From Candidatus Latescibacterota bacterium (GTDB taxonomy: Bacteria > Latescibacterota > UBA2968 > UBA8231), in assembly GCA_965242865.1 (NCBI GenBank), contig CBDETK010000013.1:4032001-4096000 (forward strand): a DNA stretch of 64,000 nucleotides. Reading direction: 5' to 3'. The position numbers and the translations under genes were made by a program. The notes beneath the pieces are model-generated. The model worked only from the letters and a program-made list of their open reading frames with translations, had not been told where the DNA came from and searched no databases. Shown here piece after piece: positions 13,048 to 21,654 of the stretch (positions within the stretch are counted from its first letter, which is position 1; each line of letters begins with the position of its first letter).

Positions 13048-14088
13048 GGCTTGCAGCAGCGCGGCGATCTCGGCGTCTGTGCCCACCGAGATGCGCAGGC
13101 AGTCGGCCAAGCGCGGCGGCGCGGCAAAATAGCGCACCAAAATCCGGCGCTCCTTGAGCTGGGCGCAGAGTTCGGCCGCCGTGCTGCTCGCCCAGTGCGC
13201 CCCGAGCCGGGCCAGCACGAAATTGGCCTGTGAATCCCACACGTAAAAACCCAACGCCCGCAGCCGAGCGCTCAGGTGCGTGCGCGTCGCGCAGACCCGG
13301 GCGGCGTTGGCCCGCATCGCGTCGATGTCTTCTAGGGCCGCCTCGGCCGCGACCAAACTCAGCCGATTGAGGTTGTAGTGGTCCTTGACCTTCCACATGC
13401 CCTCGATCAGCGCGGCCGGCGCCAAGGCAAAGCCAATCCGCAGGCCGGCGAGGGAAAAGGACTTGGACATGGTGCGCACGACAATGGCATTGGGGTGGTC
13501 GGCGATGAGCTGCAGGCAGCCGCCCTGCGAAAAATCCACGTACGCTTCATCTACGACCAAGACGCCGTCGACCCGCGCACAGAGCGCGGCGACCTCGTCG
13601 TAGGGCACGAGGGTGCCCGAGGGCGCATTGGGATTGGCCAGAAAGGTGATGCGCGCCCCGGGCACGGCCAGCCCCTCGGGCAGGGAAAAATCCTCCCCGA
13701 ACTCAACCGGGGTGGCTGCGGCTCCTTGGATGTCGATTAGCGGTTGGTAGTAGCCGTAGGTGGGATGGGGATAGGCGATGGGGTCGCCCTCGCCGGCAAA
13801 GCTGCGGATGACGACGTTGAGCAACTCGTCCGAGCCATTGCCGACCATGATCTGCTCGGGAGCCACGGCGAACAGGTCGCCCAACTTGCGGCGCACGGCC
13901 CAAGCGTCCGGGTCGGGGTAGAGGCGCAGCTCCGCAGAGCAAGCGGCGCGCACCCGCGCCAGCACTAGGGGGGAGGGGGGATACGGGTTTTCGTTGGTAT
14001 TGAGCTTGATATAGCCCGGTTCGCGGGGCTGCTCCCCGGGGACGTACCCGCGCAGCCGGGCGATGTTGGGGCGAAACAGGTCCGACAC
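13024..14088 (-). CDS. hisC: Histidinol-phosphate aminotransferase
   Basis: YVPGEQP, KLNTNENPYPP, NGSDE, DEAYVDF, RTMSKSFSLAGLRIG. Confidence 0.93.
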   Translation of the reverse strand: MSDLFRPNIARLRGYVPGEQPREPGYIKLNTNENPYPPSPLVLARVRAACSAELRLYPDPDAWAVRRKLGDLFAVAPEQIMVGNGSDELLNVVIRSFAGEGDPIAYPHPTYGYYQPLIDIQGAAATPVEFGEDFSLPEGLAVPGARITFLANPNAPSGTLVPYDEVAALCARVDGVLVVDEAYVDFSQGGCLQLIADHPNAIVVRTMSKSFSLAGLRIGFALAPAALIEGMWKVKDHYNLNRLSLVAAEAALEDIDAMRANAARVCATRTHLSARLRALGFYVWDSQANFVLARLGAHWASSTAAELCAQLKERRILVRYFAAPPRLADCLRISVGTDAEIAALLQALAELAPV

Positions 14089-14090
14089 GA

Positions 14091-16280
14091 CTAACCGCTT
14101 GCCGGGTCATCCACGCGCAGCACTTCCAACACGCCCTCGATGTGCTCGATTTGGTCTATGGCTTGGCGCAGTTGTTGGGTGTCGGCCACGTCGATCCAGA
14201 AGTCCTGTTCGGCGATGTGGCCGTCGGTGCGGGTGGTGGAGTCGCGGATGTTGGAGCCGGCGTCGCTGATCGCCCGCGCAATATCCGCGAGCAAGTACGT
14301 GCGGTCCCAACTGCGGGTGCGGAGCTGCACGGTAAAGGCCGGTTCGTCCTCCAGCTCCCACTCAACCGCGAGGAGGCGGTCTGGCTCGGCGGAAATCCGG
14401 CCGATGTTGGGGCAGGCCGTGCGGTGCACCGTGACGCCGCGCCCGCGCGTGACCAAGCCGACAATCTCGTCGCCCGGGATGGGGCCGCAGCACTTGCCAA
14501 AGCGGATCATCAGGTTTTGCAGGCCTTGGATGCGAATGTCGCGGCGGTCTTGGGGCCTAAGTGCGCGCCGCTTGGGCTGGACCGGAGCTATTTTGCCGAC
14601 GACCTTGCCGATGGATAGATCGCCGTTGCCCAAGGCCGCATAGAGGTGCTCGGCGTCGCTGAACCCGAACTCGGCCGCCACGGCGTTGAGGTCCGGGGGC
14701 GCGTCCGCCCGGTAGGGCTTTAACCGCCGGTCAAGCCCCTCCTTGCCGAGGCGCACGTTGTGGTCGTATTGCTCCTCCCGCAGCCAGCGGCGGATGGCTT
14801 GGCGGGCCTTGGCGGTCTTGACTTGGTCCAACCAAGCCAACTTGGGCTTTTGCTGCGGGGACGTGACGATCTCCAAGGTTTCGCCGCTGCTCAACGGCGC
14901 GCTCAGCGGCACGACTTGATCGTTTACTTTGGCCGTGGCGCAGTGCAGCCCGATGTCCGTGTGAATGGCAAAGGCAAAGTCAATCGGCGTGGCGCCCTTG
15001 GGCAACTGGTGGAGGTCGCCCTTGGGGGTAAAGACAAAAATTTCGTCCTGAGCCGCGAGCTCGGTCTTTAGGCTTTCCATGAACTCGACCGGGTCCGTGG
15101 CCTCCTGTTGCCAGTCGATAACTTGGTGTAGCCAGCTCAGGTGTTGGTCGAGGTCGCCGGGCGTCTTGTCGTTGGATTTGTAGCGCCAGTGGGCGGCAAT
15201 GCCGATTTCGGCCGTGTGATGCATCTGCGCGGTGCGAATTTGCACTTCGACGTATTGCCCGTTGGGGCCAATGACCGAAGTGTGCAGCGACTGGTACATG
15301 TTGCTCTTGGGAGTCGAGATATAGTCTTTGATGCGCCCGGGGATGGGGGTGTAGATGTGGTGGACCCAGCCGAGGATTTGATAGCATTCGCGCACGGTGC
15401 CGGTAATGATGCGCACGGCCAGCAGATCGTAAATTTCCTCAAAGGGCTTACCGCGCGCCTTCATCTTGTTGTAGATGCTGTAGAAGTTTTTGGCGCGGCT
15501 GGCAAACTCGGCTTTAATGCTGTTGGCGTGGAGGCATTCCTCGATCGGGACCTTGAATTCCCTGATGTAGTCCTCGCGCTCTTGGCGCGTCATGGCCACA
15601 TTGTCGCGCAGCTCTTGGTACATTGCGGGTTCGAGGAACTTGAGGCTTTGGTCTTCTAGCTGCCAGCGGATCCGCGCCAGCCCAAAGCGGTGGGCCAGCG
15701 GCGCGTACACTTCGAGCGTTTCGCTCGCGGTCCGCTGCCGGGACTTGGGGCTTAGGTGCTGGAGCGTCCGCATGTTGTGTAGGCGGTCGGCCAGCTTGAT
15801 GAGCATGACGCGGATGTCCTTGACCATAGAGAGCAGCATCTTGCGGTAGGTCTCGGCTTGGCGCGCCTCGCGGCTTTCGTAGGTTATCTGATCGATTTTG
15901 GTCACGCCGGCGATCAGCTCGGCGATCTTGTCGCCGAATAGCGCGGCGACCTCGGCATGCGTGGCCGGTGTATCTTCGATGACATCGTGCAAAAGCCCGG
16001 CTGCAACCGTGGTGTGATCCAAGCCGAGCTGGGCGAGCAGCCGCGCCACTTCAACGCAGTGCGATAGGAACGGCTCGCCGGACTTGCGGATCTGGCCTTC
16101 GTGGTGCTCTTTGGCGAAGTGGTAGGCGCGGTTGATCAGCGCGAAATCGGCTTGGTCGTTGCAGGAGGAGACCTCAATGAGCAGCATCGACAGCCGCAGC
16201 TCGTCGCCCCCCTGCTCGACGAGTTCGTCCAAGTAGGTATTCGGCAGGGCCGACAGCGGCGCGGGAGTGGTTTCGACCAT
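14091..16280 (-). CDS. spoT: Bifunctional (p)ppGpp synthetase/hydrolase, RelA/SpoT family
   Basis: Intact HD motif (LLHDVIEDT), KLADRLHNMRTL, YQSLHT, EVQIRT, TGS and ACT domains. Confidence 0.93.
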   Translation of the reverse strand: MVETTPAPLSALPNTYLDELVEQGGDELRLSMLLIEVSSCNDQADFALINRAYHFAKEHHEGQIRKSGEPFLSHCVEVARLLAQLGLDHTTVAAGLLHDVIEDTPATHAEVAALFGDKIAELIAGVTKIDQITYESREARQAETYRKMLLSMVKDIRVMLIKLADRLHNMRTLQHLSPKSRQRTASETLEVYAPLAHRFGLARIRWQLEDQSLKFLEPAMYQELRDNVAMTRQEREDYIREFKVPIEECLHANSIKAEFASRAKNFYSIYNKMKARGKPFEEIYDLLAVRIITGTVRECYQILGWVHHIYTPIPGRIKDYISTPKSNMYQSLHTSVIGPNGQYVEVQIRTAQMHHTAEIGIAAHWRYKSNDKTPGDLDQHLSWLHQVIDWQQEATDPVEFMESLKTELAAQDEIFVFTPKGDLHQLPKGATPIDFAFAIHTDIGLHCATAKVNDQVVPLSAPLSSGETLEIVTSPQQKPKLAWLDQVKTAKARQAIRRWLREEQYDHNVRLGKEGLDRRLKPYRADAPPDLNAVAAEFGFSDAEHLYAALGNGDLSIGKVVGKIAPVQPKRRALRPQDRRDIRIQGLQNLMIRFGKCCGPIPGDEIVGLVTRGRGVTVHRTACPNIGRISAEPDRLLAVEWELEDEPAFTVQLRTRSWDRTYLLADIARAISDAGSNIRDSTTRTDGHIAEQDFWIDVADTQQLRQAIDQIEHIEGVLEVLRVDDPASG

Positions 16281-16388
16281 GGGAGCTTTCGTTCTCTAAG
16301 GCCCGTCAATATCGTCAATATAGAAAAAAAACAAGTACATACAAGCAGAATTCACCCACATGAAAAGAGGAAGAACCAAGGACGCAGA

Positions 16389-16778
16389 ATGGGGCGGCTA
16401 AAGACCCAAAACGCACCGGCGTTGACGGGCGCGGATAAAATCCTCGCCCTCGTCGTGGGGTTGAGTGCAATCGGGCTGGTGTTCTACGGTCGCTACACGG
16501 CCGAGGCCGGCGGTGTGCTCATCGTCGAGGCGACCGGGGCCGCACCGGCCCTGTACGACCTGTCCAACCACGGAGTCTGGTCGATTGCCGGGCCTTTGGG
16601 CGCGAGCGAGATCGAAATCGGCCCCCAGGGCGTGCGCGTGCTTTCCGCGCCCTGCGCCCGCAAAATCTGCATGCGGCCGGGCTGGCTGCAGCGAGCGGGC
16701 GACGTGACCGCGTGTGTGCCCAACGGCCTAGTGCTGCGGATCGCCGGCGTCGCCCCCCTAGACGCGCTGGTCCACTGA
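16389..16778 (+). CDS. NusG domain II (DUF1312) membrane-anchored protein
   Basis: N-terminal TM; GPLG.SEIEI..VRV..APCARKIC..GW....G..ACVPN. Confidence 0.8.
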   Translation: MGRLKTQNAPALTGADKILALVVGLSAIGLVFYGRYTAEAGGVLIVEATGAAPALYDLSNHGVWSIAGPLGASEIEIGPQGVRVLSAPCARKICMRPGWLQRAGDVTACVPNGLVLRIAGVAPLDALVH

Positions 16779-17299
16779 TGTTTACGCGCCCTAGCGACGT
16801 GACCCGGTTGGGGCTTATGGCCAGCGCGGCCATCGTGCTCTTTGCCTTTGAATCGCTGGTCCCCAAGCCCTTGCCGTGGATGAAGTTGGGGCTTGGCAAT
16901 CTGCCGGTCTTGGTCGCGCTGGTGAGCTTTGGCGGGGGACCGGCCTTGGCCGTTAGTGCCACCAAGCTCGTCGTCGGCGGGTTGCTCAGCGGGGGATTTG
17001 CCGGGCCGGCCTTTGTCATCGGCGGCGGGGCTGGTTTGGCGAGTTGGCTGGTCATGGCGGCGGTGCGCCGCGTGGGTGGGCGGCTTTTCAGCGTGGTCGG
17101 CCTGAGTATCTGGGGCGCGTTGGCGCACCAACTCAGCCAACTCGTGCTGGCCTCTATCTATATCGGCCACAGCGGGCTGTTCGCGCTGGTGCCGCTGGCT
17201 CTGTTCAGCGCTTTGGTCAGCGGGGGGGCGATTGGCCTGTTGGCGTGGTGGACCTTGGCCCAACTAGCGAAAATAGGCTGGTTGGACCAAGCTCCGTAG
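16778..17299 (+). CDS. Gx transporter / heptaprenyl diphosphate synthase component I family membrane protein
   Basis: FESLVPKPLPWMKLGLGN, S(I)WGALAHQLSQL; translationally coupled to the NusG-II gene, the usual pairing. Confidence 0.8.
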   Translation: MFTRPSDVTRLGLMASAAIVLFAFESLVPKPLPWMKLGLGNLPVLVALVSFGGGPALAVSATKLVVGGLLSGGFAGPAFVIGGGAGLASWLVMAAVRRVGGRLFSVVGLSIWGALAHQLSQLVLASIYIGHSGLFALVPLALFSALVSGGAIGLLAWWTLAQLAKIGWLDQAP

Positions 17300-17308
17300 T
17301 AAAAGGGG

Positions 17309-19003
17309 CTACCGAATACCCAACGCGATGAACGCTGGAAAACTCAATCCCATGTCCGCGGTGGTGAGGTCTTCGACGCCTGTGCCATCCAAGTTGGCCC
17401 GCTTTATCTTCTTAGTGCCCCCCCGGTCTGTCCAGTACATCTTTCCGAGTACCAAATCCAGCGCGATGCCCGTTGGATCAATCAATCCCATGTCCTCGGT
17501 GGTGAGGTCTCGGCGGCCTGTGCCATCTAAGTTGGCCCGCTGAATCCTATCCGTGCCAAATTCCGCCCAGTACATCTTTTCGTTCACCACATCCAGCGCG
17601 ATGGCCCCTGGATTCGTCAATGTGAGGTCTTGGGTGAGGTCTTGGACGTCTGTGCCATCTAAGTCGGCACGCTTTATCTTAGCCGGGGGTCCCCAGTCTG
17701 TCCAGTACATCTTTCTGTTCTCCACATCCAGCGCGATGCCAAATGGATTAATCAATCCCATGTCTGCGTTGGTGAGGTCTTGGACGCCTGTGCCATCTAA
17801 GTTGGCACACTTTATACTATCCGTGCCAGCGTCCACCCAGTACATCTTTCCGTTCTCCACGTCCAACGCGATGCCGTATGGCGTATTCAATCCCATGTCT
17901 GCGTTGGTGAGGTCTTCGGCGTCTGTGCCATCCAAGTTGGCCCGCTTAATTTTAGCCGATCCACTGACAGCGTGTGTCCAGTACATCTTTCTGCCCGCCA
18001 CATCCAGCGCGATGCCCGCTGGAAAATTCAATCCCATGTCTGGATTGGTGAGGTCTTCGACGCCTGTGCCATCCAAGTTGGCCCGCTTAATCGTATTATT
18101 GCCCCAGTCCGTCCAGTATAGGGTAGTCACTCGTACTGCGGGTGGTCCCGTCGGTTCCTCTAGTTCTGGTAGTTCTGGATAGACTTGGACGGTTTCGACG
18201 CGGGGGTATTTTTCTAGTACCGCTACGACGCGGAGGCCGCTTGTTATCGCGGCGGCGAGTTGTTGGTTGGCCGCATGCTGGCTGAGGGCGTTTTCCATCA
18301 CGCCCAGCCATTGCAGGTTGGTCAGGCTCGCCAAGGGACTGATATCCGCAATCGCGTTGTCTCCTAGCTGGAGAAATTGCAGGTTGGTTAGGCGAGCTAA
18401 CGGCTGCACATCGGTAATCGCGTTGCCCCACATATCCAGCTTGCGCAAGCGGATCAGGCTGGCCAGCGGACTCGCATCCGCCACCTTGTTCCCCCACAGC
18501 GACAGCGTGTGCAGATTGGTCAGACTGGCCAGCGGACTGACGTCGGTAATCTCGTTGCCCCGCAGATACAGCGTTGTCAGTGCTGTTGCGTATTCGAGGC
18601 CGGCCACGCTCTCAATGTCTTTATAGCTCGCGTCGAGTTCGGTCAGGGATGCCAAGTCCGCCGGGGTCAGTGCCCCTTGCGGGCGATCCAACGCCTCCCG
18701 CACCGCCTGCTCCAGATTGGCGTCGGCAAACTCCACGGTGGCCGATTGGGTGCTGTCGGCGTCAGCGTCAGCGTCGGTCTGGGTGCTATCGGCGTCGGTC
18801 TGGGTGGTGTCGGGGCTTTCGGGGGCGGGCAGCCCGTCGGTAGCGGTGTAGGTGTCGTCGCCCAAGAATTCGCATAGCGAACAGGTGGCTTTGCCGGCTG
18901 GCCGAGAGGCGACCGGCGCGGAGTCCGAGCAGCCCGTCCAAGCACTGACGACGCCCAAAAGGACGAACCCAAGCAGGGTTTTGAGAGATTTCAACGAAAG
19001 CAT
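17309..19003 (-). CDS. Lipoprotein with internalin-like LRRs and an LDL-receptor YWTD beta-propeller
   Basis: Lipobox-like WTGC; FADANLEQAVREAL cap plus LxxLxLxxNxIxDxxPL repeats; six (M/L)YW(T)D-type repeats; AAGGAG RBS. Confidence 0.88.
   Translation of the reverse strand: MLSLKSLKTLLGFVLLGVVSAWTGCSDSAPVASRPAGKATCSLCEFLGDDTYTATDGLPAPESPDTTQTDADSTQTDADADADSTQSATVEFADANLEQAVREALDRPQGALTPADLASLTELDASYKDIESVAGLEYATALTTLYLRGNEITDVSPLASLTNLHTLSLWGNKVADASPLASLIRLRKLDMWGNAITDVQPLARLTNLQFLQLGDNAIADISPLASLTNLQWLGVMENALSQHAANQQLAAAITSGLRVVAVLEKYPRVETVQVYPELPELEEPTGPPAVRVTTLYWTDWGNNTIKRANLDGTGVEDLTNPDMGLNFPAGIALDVAGRKMYWTHAVSGSAKIKRANLDGTDAEDLTNADMGLNTPYGIALDVENGKMYWVDAGTDSIKCANLDGTGVQDLTNADMGLINPFGIALDVENRKMYWTDWGPPAKIKRADLDGTDVQDLTQDLTLTNPGAIALDVVNEKMYWAEFGTDRIQRANLDGTGRRDLTTEDMGLIDPTGIALDLVLGKMYWTDRGGTKKIKRANLDGTGVEDLTTADMGLSFPAFIALGIR
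17340..18120. repeat. Intragenic ~135-bp tandem repeats (YWTD blades)
   Basis: Recurrent blocks GGTGAGGTCT..CCTGTGCCATC.AAGTTGGC and CCAGTACATCTTT..CATCCAGCGCGATGCC. Confidence 0.85.
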
Positions 19004-19365
19004 TTTTTGCTCCTTTGTATGGTTGGGGAAGAAATGGTATGGAGGTGTGGAAGAGGGACATGACGCCCCGAAAGAGGCGGAGTTAGCCCTAGGGCTAACG
19101 TGGAGTGCTCAGGACGCGCCCCTTGCTGTGGGTGCGCCTTTGCGAGTGTTCTCGCGGTGTTCGGGTTGCGGGGATTCCGCTCTCGGTCCTTGGCAGACGA
19201 GTTGCGGGGGTGGTGCAGGAAACGTGGATCAGCATAAAGGCCGCACGGCAGTGTGCGCTTGGGGCCACGCGGCCAGATCGACGCGACACCCAATGGCCGC
19301 GCACGAGCCGTCGGCCGATGCTGAGAAGTAGCGAGTTTAGTGCTTGGTGCTAGCGGAGAATTTTC

Positions 19366-19404
19366 GGGGGGGGGGGGGTAAGTCGTTGTTTTTCAAGGAC
19401 TTAC
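19366..19404. promoter_or_regulatory. G13 homopolymer abutting an inverted repeat in a divergent intergenic region
   Basis: G run 19366-19378; GTAAGTC-N13-GACTTAC at 19378-19404. Confidence 0.45.
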
Positions 19405-19667
19405 GACACATTAAATCCGACGATGAATCCAAGCACCCAACAGGGTTTTGCCCCACAGCAAGGCCCCTGCCTGATATGAAATGCTTAACCATCGTCTCGT
19501 TCATTTGCCAATCGGCGACGCCAAATTTGTCGCCAAAATGCGGTTTACAAGGCCACCACGAAACAACCGGACGCTGCGTTGTGGTACGGCCCTGATTTAG
19601 ATTTATTGTAAGCACCCAAATTAAACGCTAAAAAAAGCCCTCATGCAAGGGGCACTATCCCACAACC

Positions 19668-21638
19668 ATGCGTTCCTTCCATACGGCCAGCCCGATTAAG
19701 CCGGAACGAGCCGAGCCGGTCTTCAGCGTCAAAGCACTGGTGGGCGGCACCCTAGGGTCGCTGTGCATCGCCGTGGGTGCCCCATACGGCAACATGGTCA
19801 TCCGCGGCTCGTACATGTCCATTGATTTCAGCGCGGCGGGTGCTCTGTTCCTCTTCTTCCTGCTGACAGGCTTGGTCAACGCCTTGCTGACTCGCTTGGC
19901 CGCTCCCGTGGCCTTGGGCCGCTGCGAGCTCATCGTCGTGTACATCATGATGCTCGCGGCCTCGGCCATCCCCACGATGGGCCTCAGCGAGTACTGGCTG
20001 ACGATCATCACCGGCGCCCAGTACTACGCCACCCCGGAAAACGAGTGGGCCTTGCACATCCTGCCGCACCTGCCCGACTGGATCGCGCCGCAGAATCCCG
20101 AGGCGATCCAGTGGTTTTACGAAGGAGCACCGCGCACCGCTGGCATCCCTTGGGCGGTGTGGATCGGCCCGCTGTGCCATTGGGCCGTGCTGATCGCGGC
20201 ACTGTACTTGGTCATGATCTCGTCGATGGTCATTCTGCGCCGCCAGTGGGTGGAGCGAGAGCGGCTGGTCTATCCGCTGGTGCAAGTGCCCTTGGCCATG
20301 GTGGAGGGCAAAAGCCGCGGACAGGCCCTAGGGCCTTTCTTCAAAAACCCGATTCTCTGGATCGGATTTGCCCTGCCCGCCCTCGTCAGCAGCCTCAACG
20401 CCCTCCACGCGTACTTCAACTTCATCCCCGCCATCCCGCTCGTCGCCTCAGTGCCAGTCCTGCGCAACACCGTCAGCCTGATCTTCCGCCTGAGCTTTCC
20501 CATGGTCGGGTTCGCCTATCTAATCAACCTCGACATCGCCTTCAGCCTGTGGTTTTTCAACACCATCGCCAAGCTGATCCGAGGAGGGCTGGGGGTTTTA
20601 GGGGTCGGCAGCACCGAAAAGCTGGGCATTTACGGCGCACCGAGCGAGCCTATTCTCGCCCACCAAGGGCAGGGGGCGATGATCGTCTTGGTGCTCTTCG
20701 GCCTGTGGATTGGCCGCGAACACCTGCGCGACGTGCTCCGCAAGGCCCTCAAGGGCGACGACCGCATCGACGATAGCGGCGAGATGCTGTCCTATCGGGC
20801 CGCAGTTTTCACGTGGCTCGCCGGGGTGGCGGTGATGACGGTCTGGCTGTGGCAGTCCGGCTTGCCCCTGTGGGCGTCCTTTTTGACCCTGCTGTTGGCC
20901 CTTCTTATCTTCGTCGGCTTGACCCGAGTAGTCGTAGAAGGGGGCGTGGCCGCGGCGGTCGGGCCGATGATTTCTTCGTCGGCCTTAGTCTCGGCCGTTG
21001 GCTCTTCAGCGCTCGGGCCGGCCGGTATGGTGGGCCTTGCGTACACCTATGTATGGGCGGCGGACATCCGCACGTTTGTCATGGCTTCCTGCGCTCACGG
21101 ACTCAAGTTGGGCGAGGAGCTGGGGCCGCGGCTGCGGCCGCTTTTTTGGTACATGCTGCTGGCGATTTTTGTCAGCATCGTCGGCTCGGTCGCGGCGATT
21201 TTGTACCTCGCCTACGAATACGGCGGCATCAACCTCAACGGGTGGTTTTTTGGTGGTGGAACCCGCGCCCCTTTTGATTATATTACCACCAAGTTAAGTG
21301 CGCCCACCGAGCCGAATATAGACGGCTGGATTCACACGGTTGTCGGCGGGGGCATCATGGCCCTGCTCATGTGGGCGCGCCAGCAGCTCTTGTGGTGGCC
21401 CCTGCATCCCATCGGATACCCCATTGGTGCTGTATGGCTGATGGACCAATTGTGGTTTAGCATTGCCCTTGCTTGGCTCTTAAAGTTGGTGGCAATGAAA
21501 TACGGCGGCCCCGGCCTCTTTCGCCGGGCGCGGCCCTTCTTTTTGGGCCTAATCGTCGGTCAGTTTTTTATCGCCGGGCTTTGGTTGATTATCGACTTTT
21601 TTACCGGCATGACCGACAATGTGGTCTTCTGGATTTGA
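19668..21638 (+). CDS. DUF6785/DUF6784-type polytopic membrane protein (OPT-like)
   Basis: Multiple TM helices; LRRQWVERERLVYPL, WWPLHPIGY, KYGG....RARPFFLGLIVG motifs that I recognise from this family. Confidence 0.75.
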   Translation: MRSFHTASPIKPERAEPVFSVKALVGGTLGSLCIAVGAPYGNMVIRGSYMSIDFSAAGALFLFFLLTGLVNALLTRLAAPVALGRCELIVVYIMMLAASAIPTMGLSEYWLTIITGAQYYATPENEWALHILPHLPDWIAPQNPEAIQWFYEGAPRTAGIPWAVWIGPLCHWAVLIAALYLVMISSMVILRRQWVERERLVYPLVQVPLAMVEGKSRGQALGPFFKNPILWIGFALPALVSSLNALHAYFNFIPAIPLVASVPVLRNTVSLIFRLSFPMVGFAYLINLDIAFSLWFFNTIAKLIRGGLGVLGVGSTEKLGIYGAPSEPILAHQGQGAMIVLVLFGLWIGREHLRDVLRKALKGDDRIDDSGEMLSYRAAVFTWLAGVAVMTVWLWQSGLPLWASFLTLLLALLIFVGLTRVVVEGGVAAAVGPMISSSALVSAVGSSALGPAGMVGLAYTYVWAADIRTFVMASCAHGLKLGEELGPRLRPLFWYMLLAIFVSIVGSVAAILYLAYEYGGINLNGWFFGGGTRAPFDYITTKLSAPTEPNIDGWIHTVVGGGIMALLMWARQQLLWWPLHPIGYPIGAVWLMDQLWFSIALAWLLKLVAMKYGGPGLFRRARPFFLGLIVGQFFIAGLWLIIDFFTGMTDNVVFWI

Positions 21639-21654
21639 GAAAGGCACTACAATT

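Noticed and set aside
17340-18120. CRISPR-like periodic repeats
   Set aside because: They encode YWTD propeller blades within an ORF
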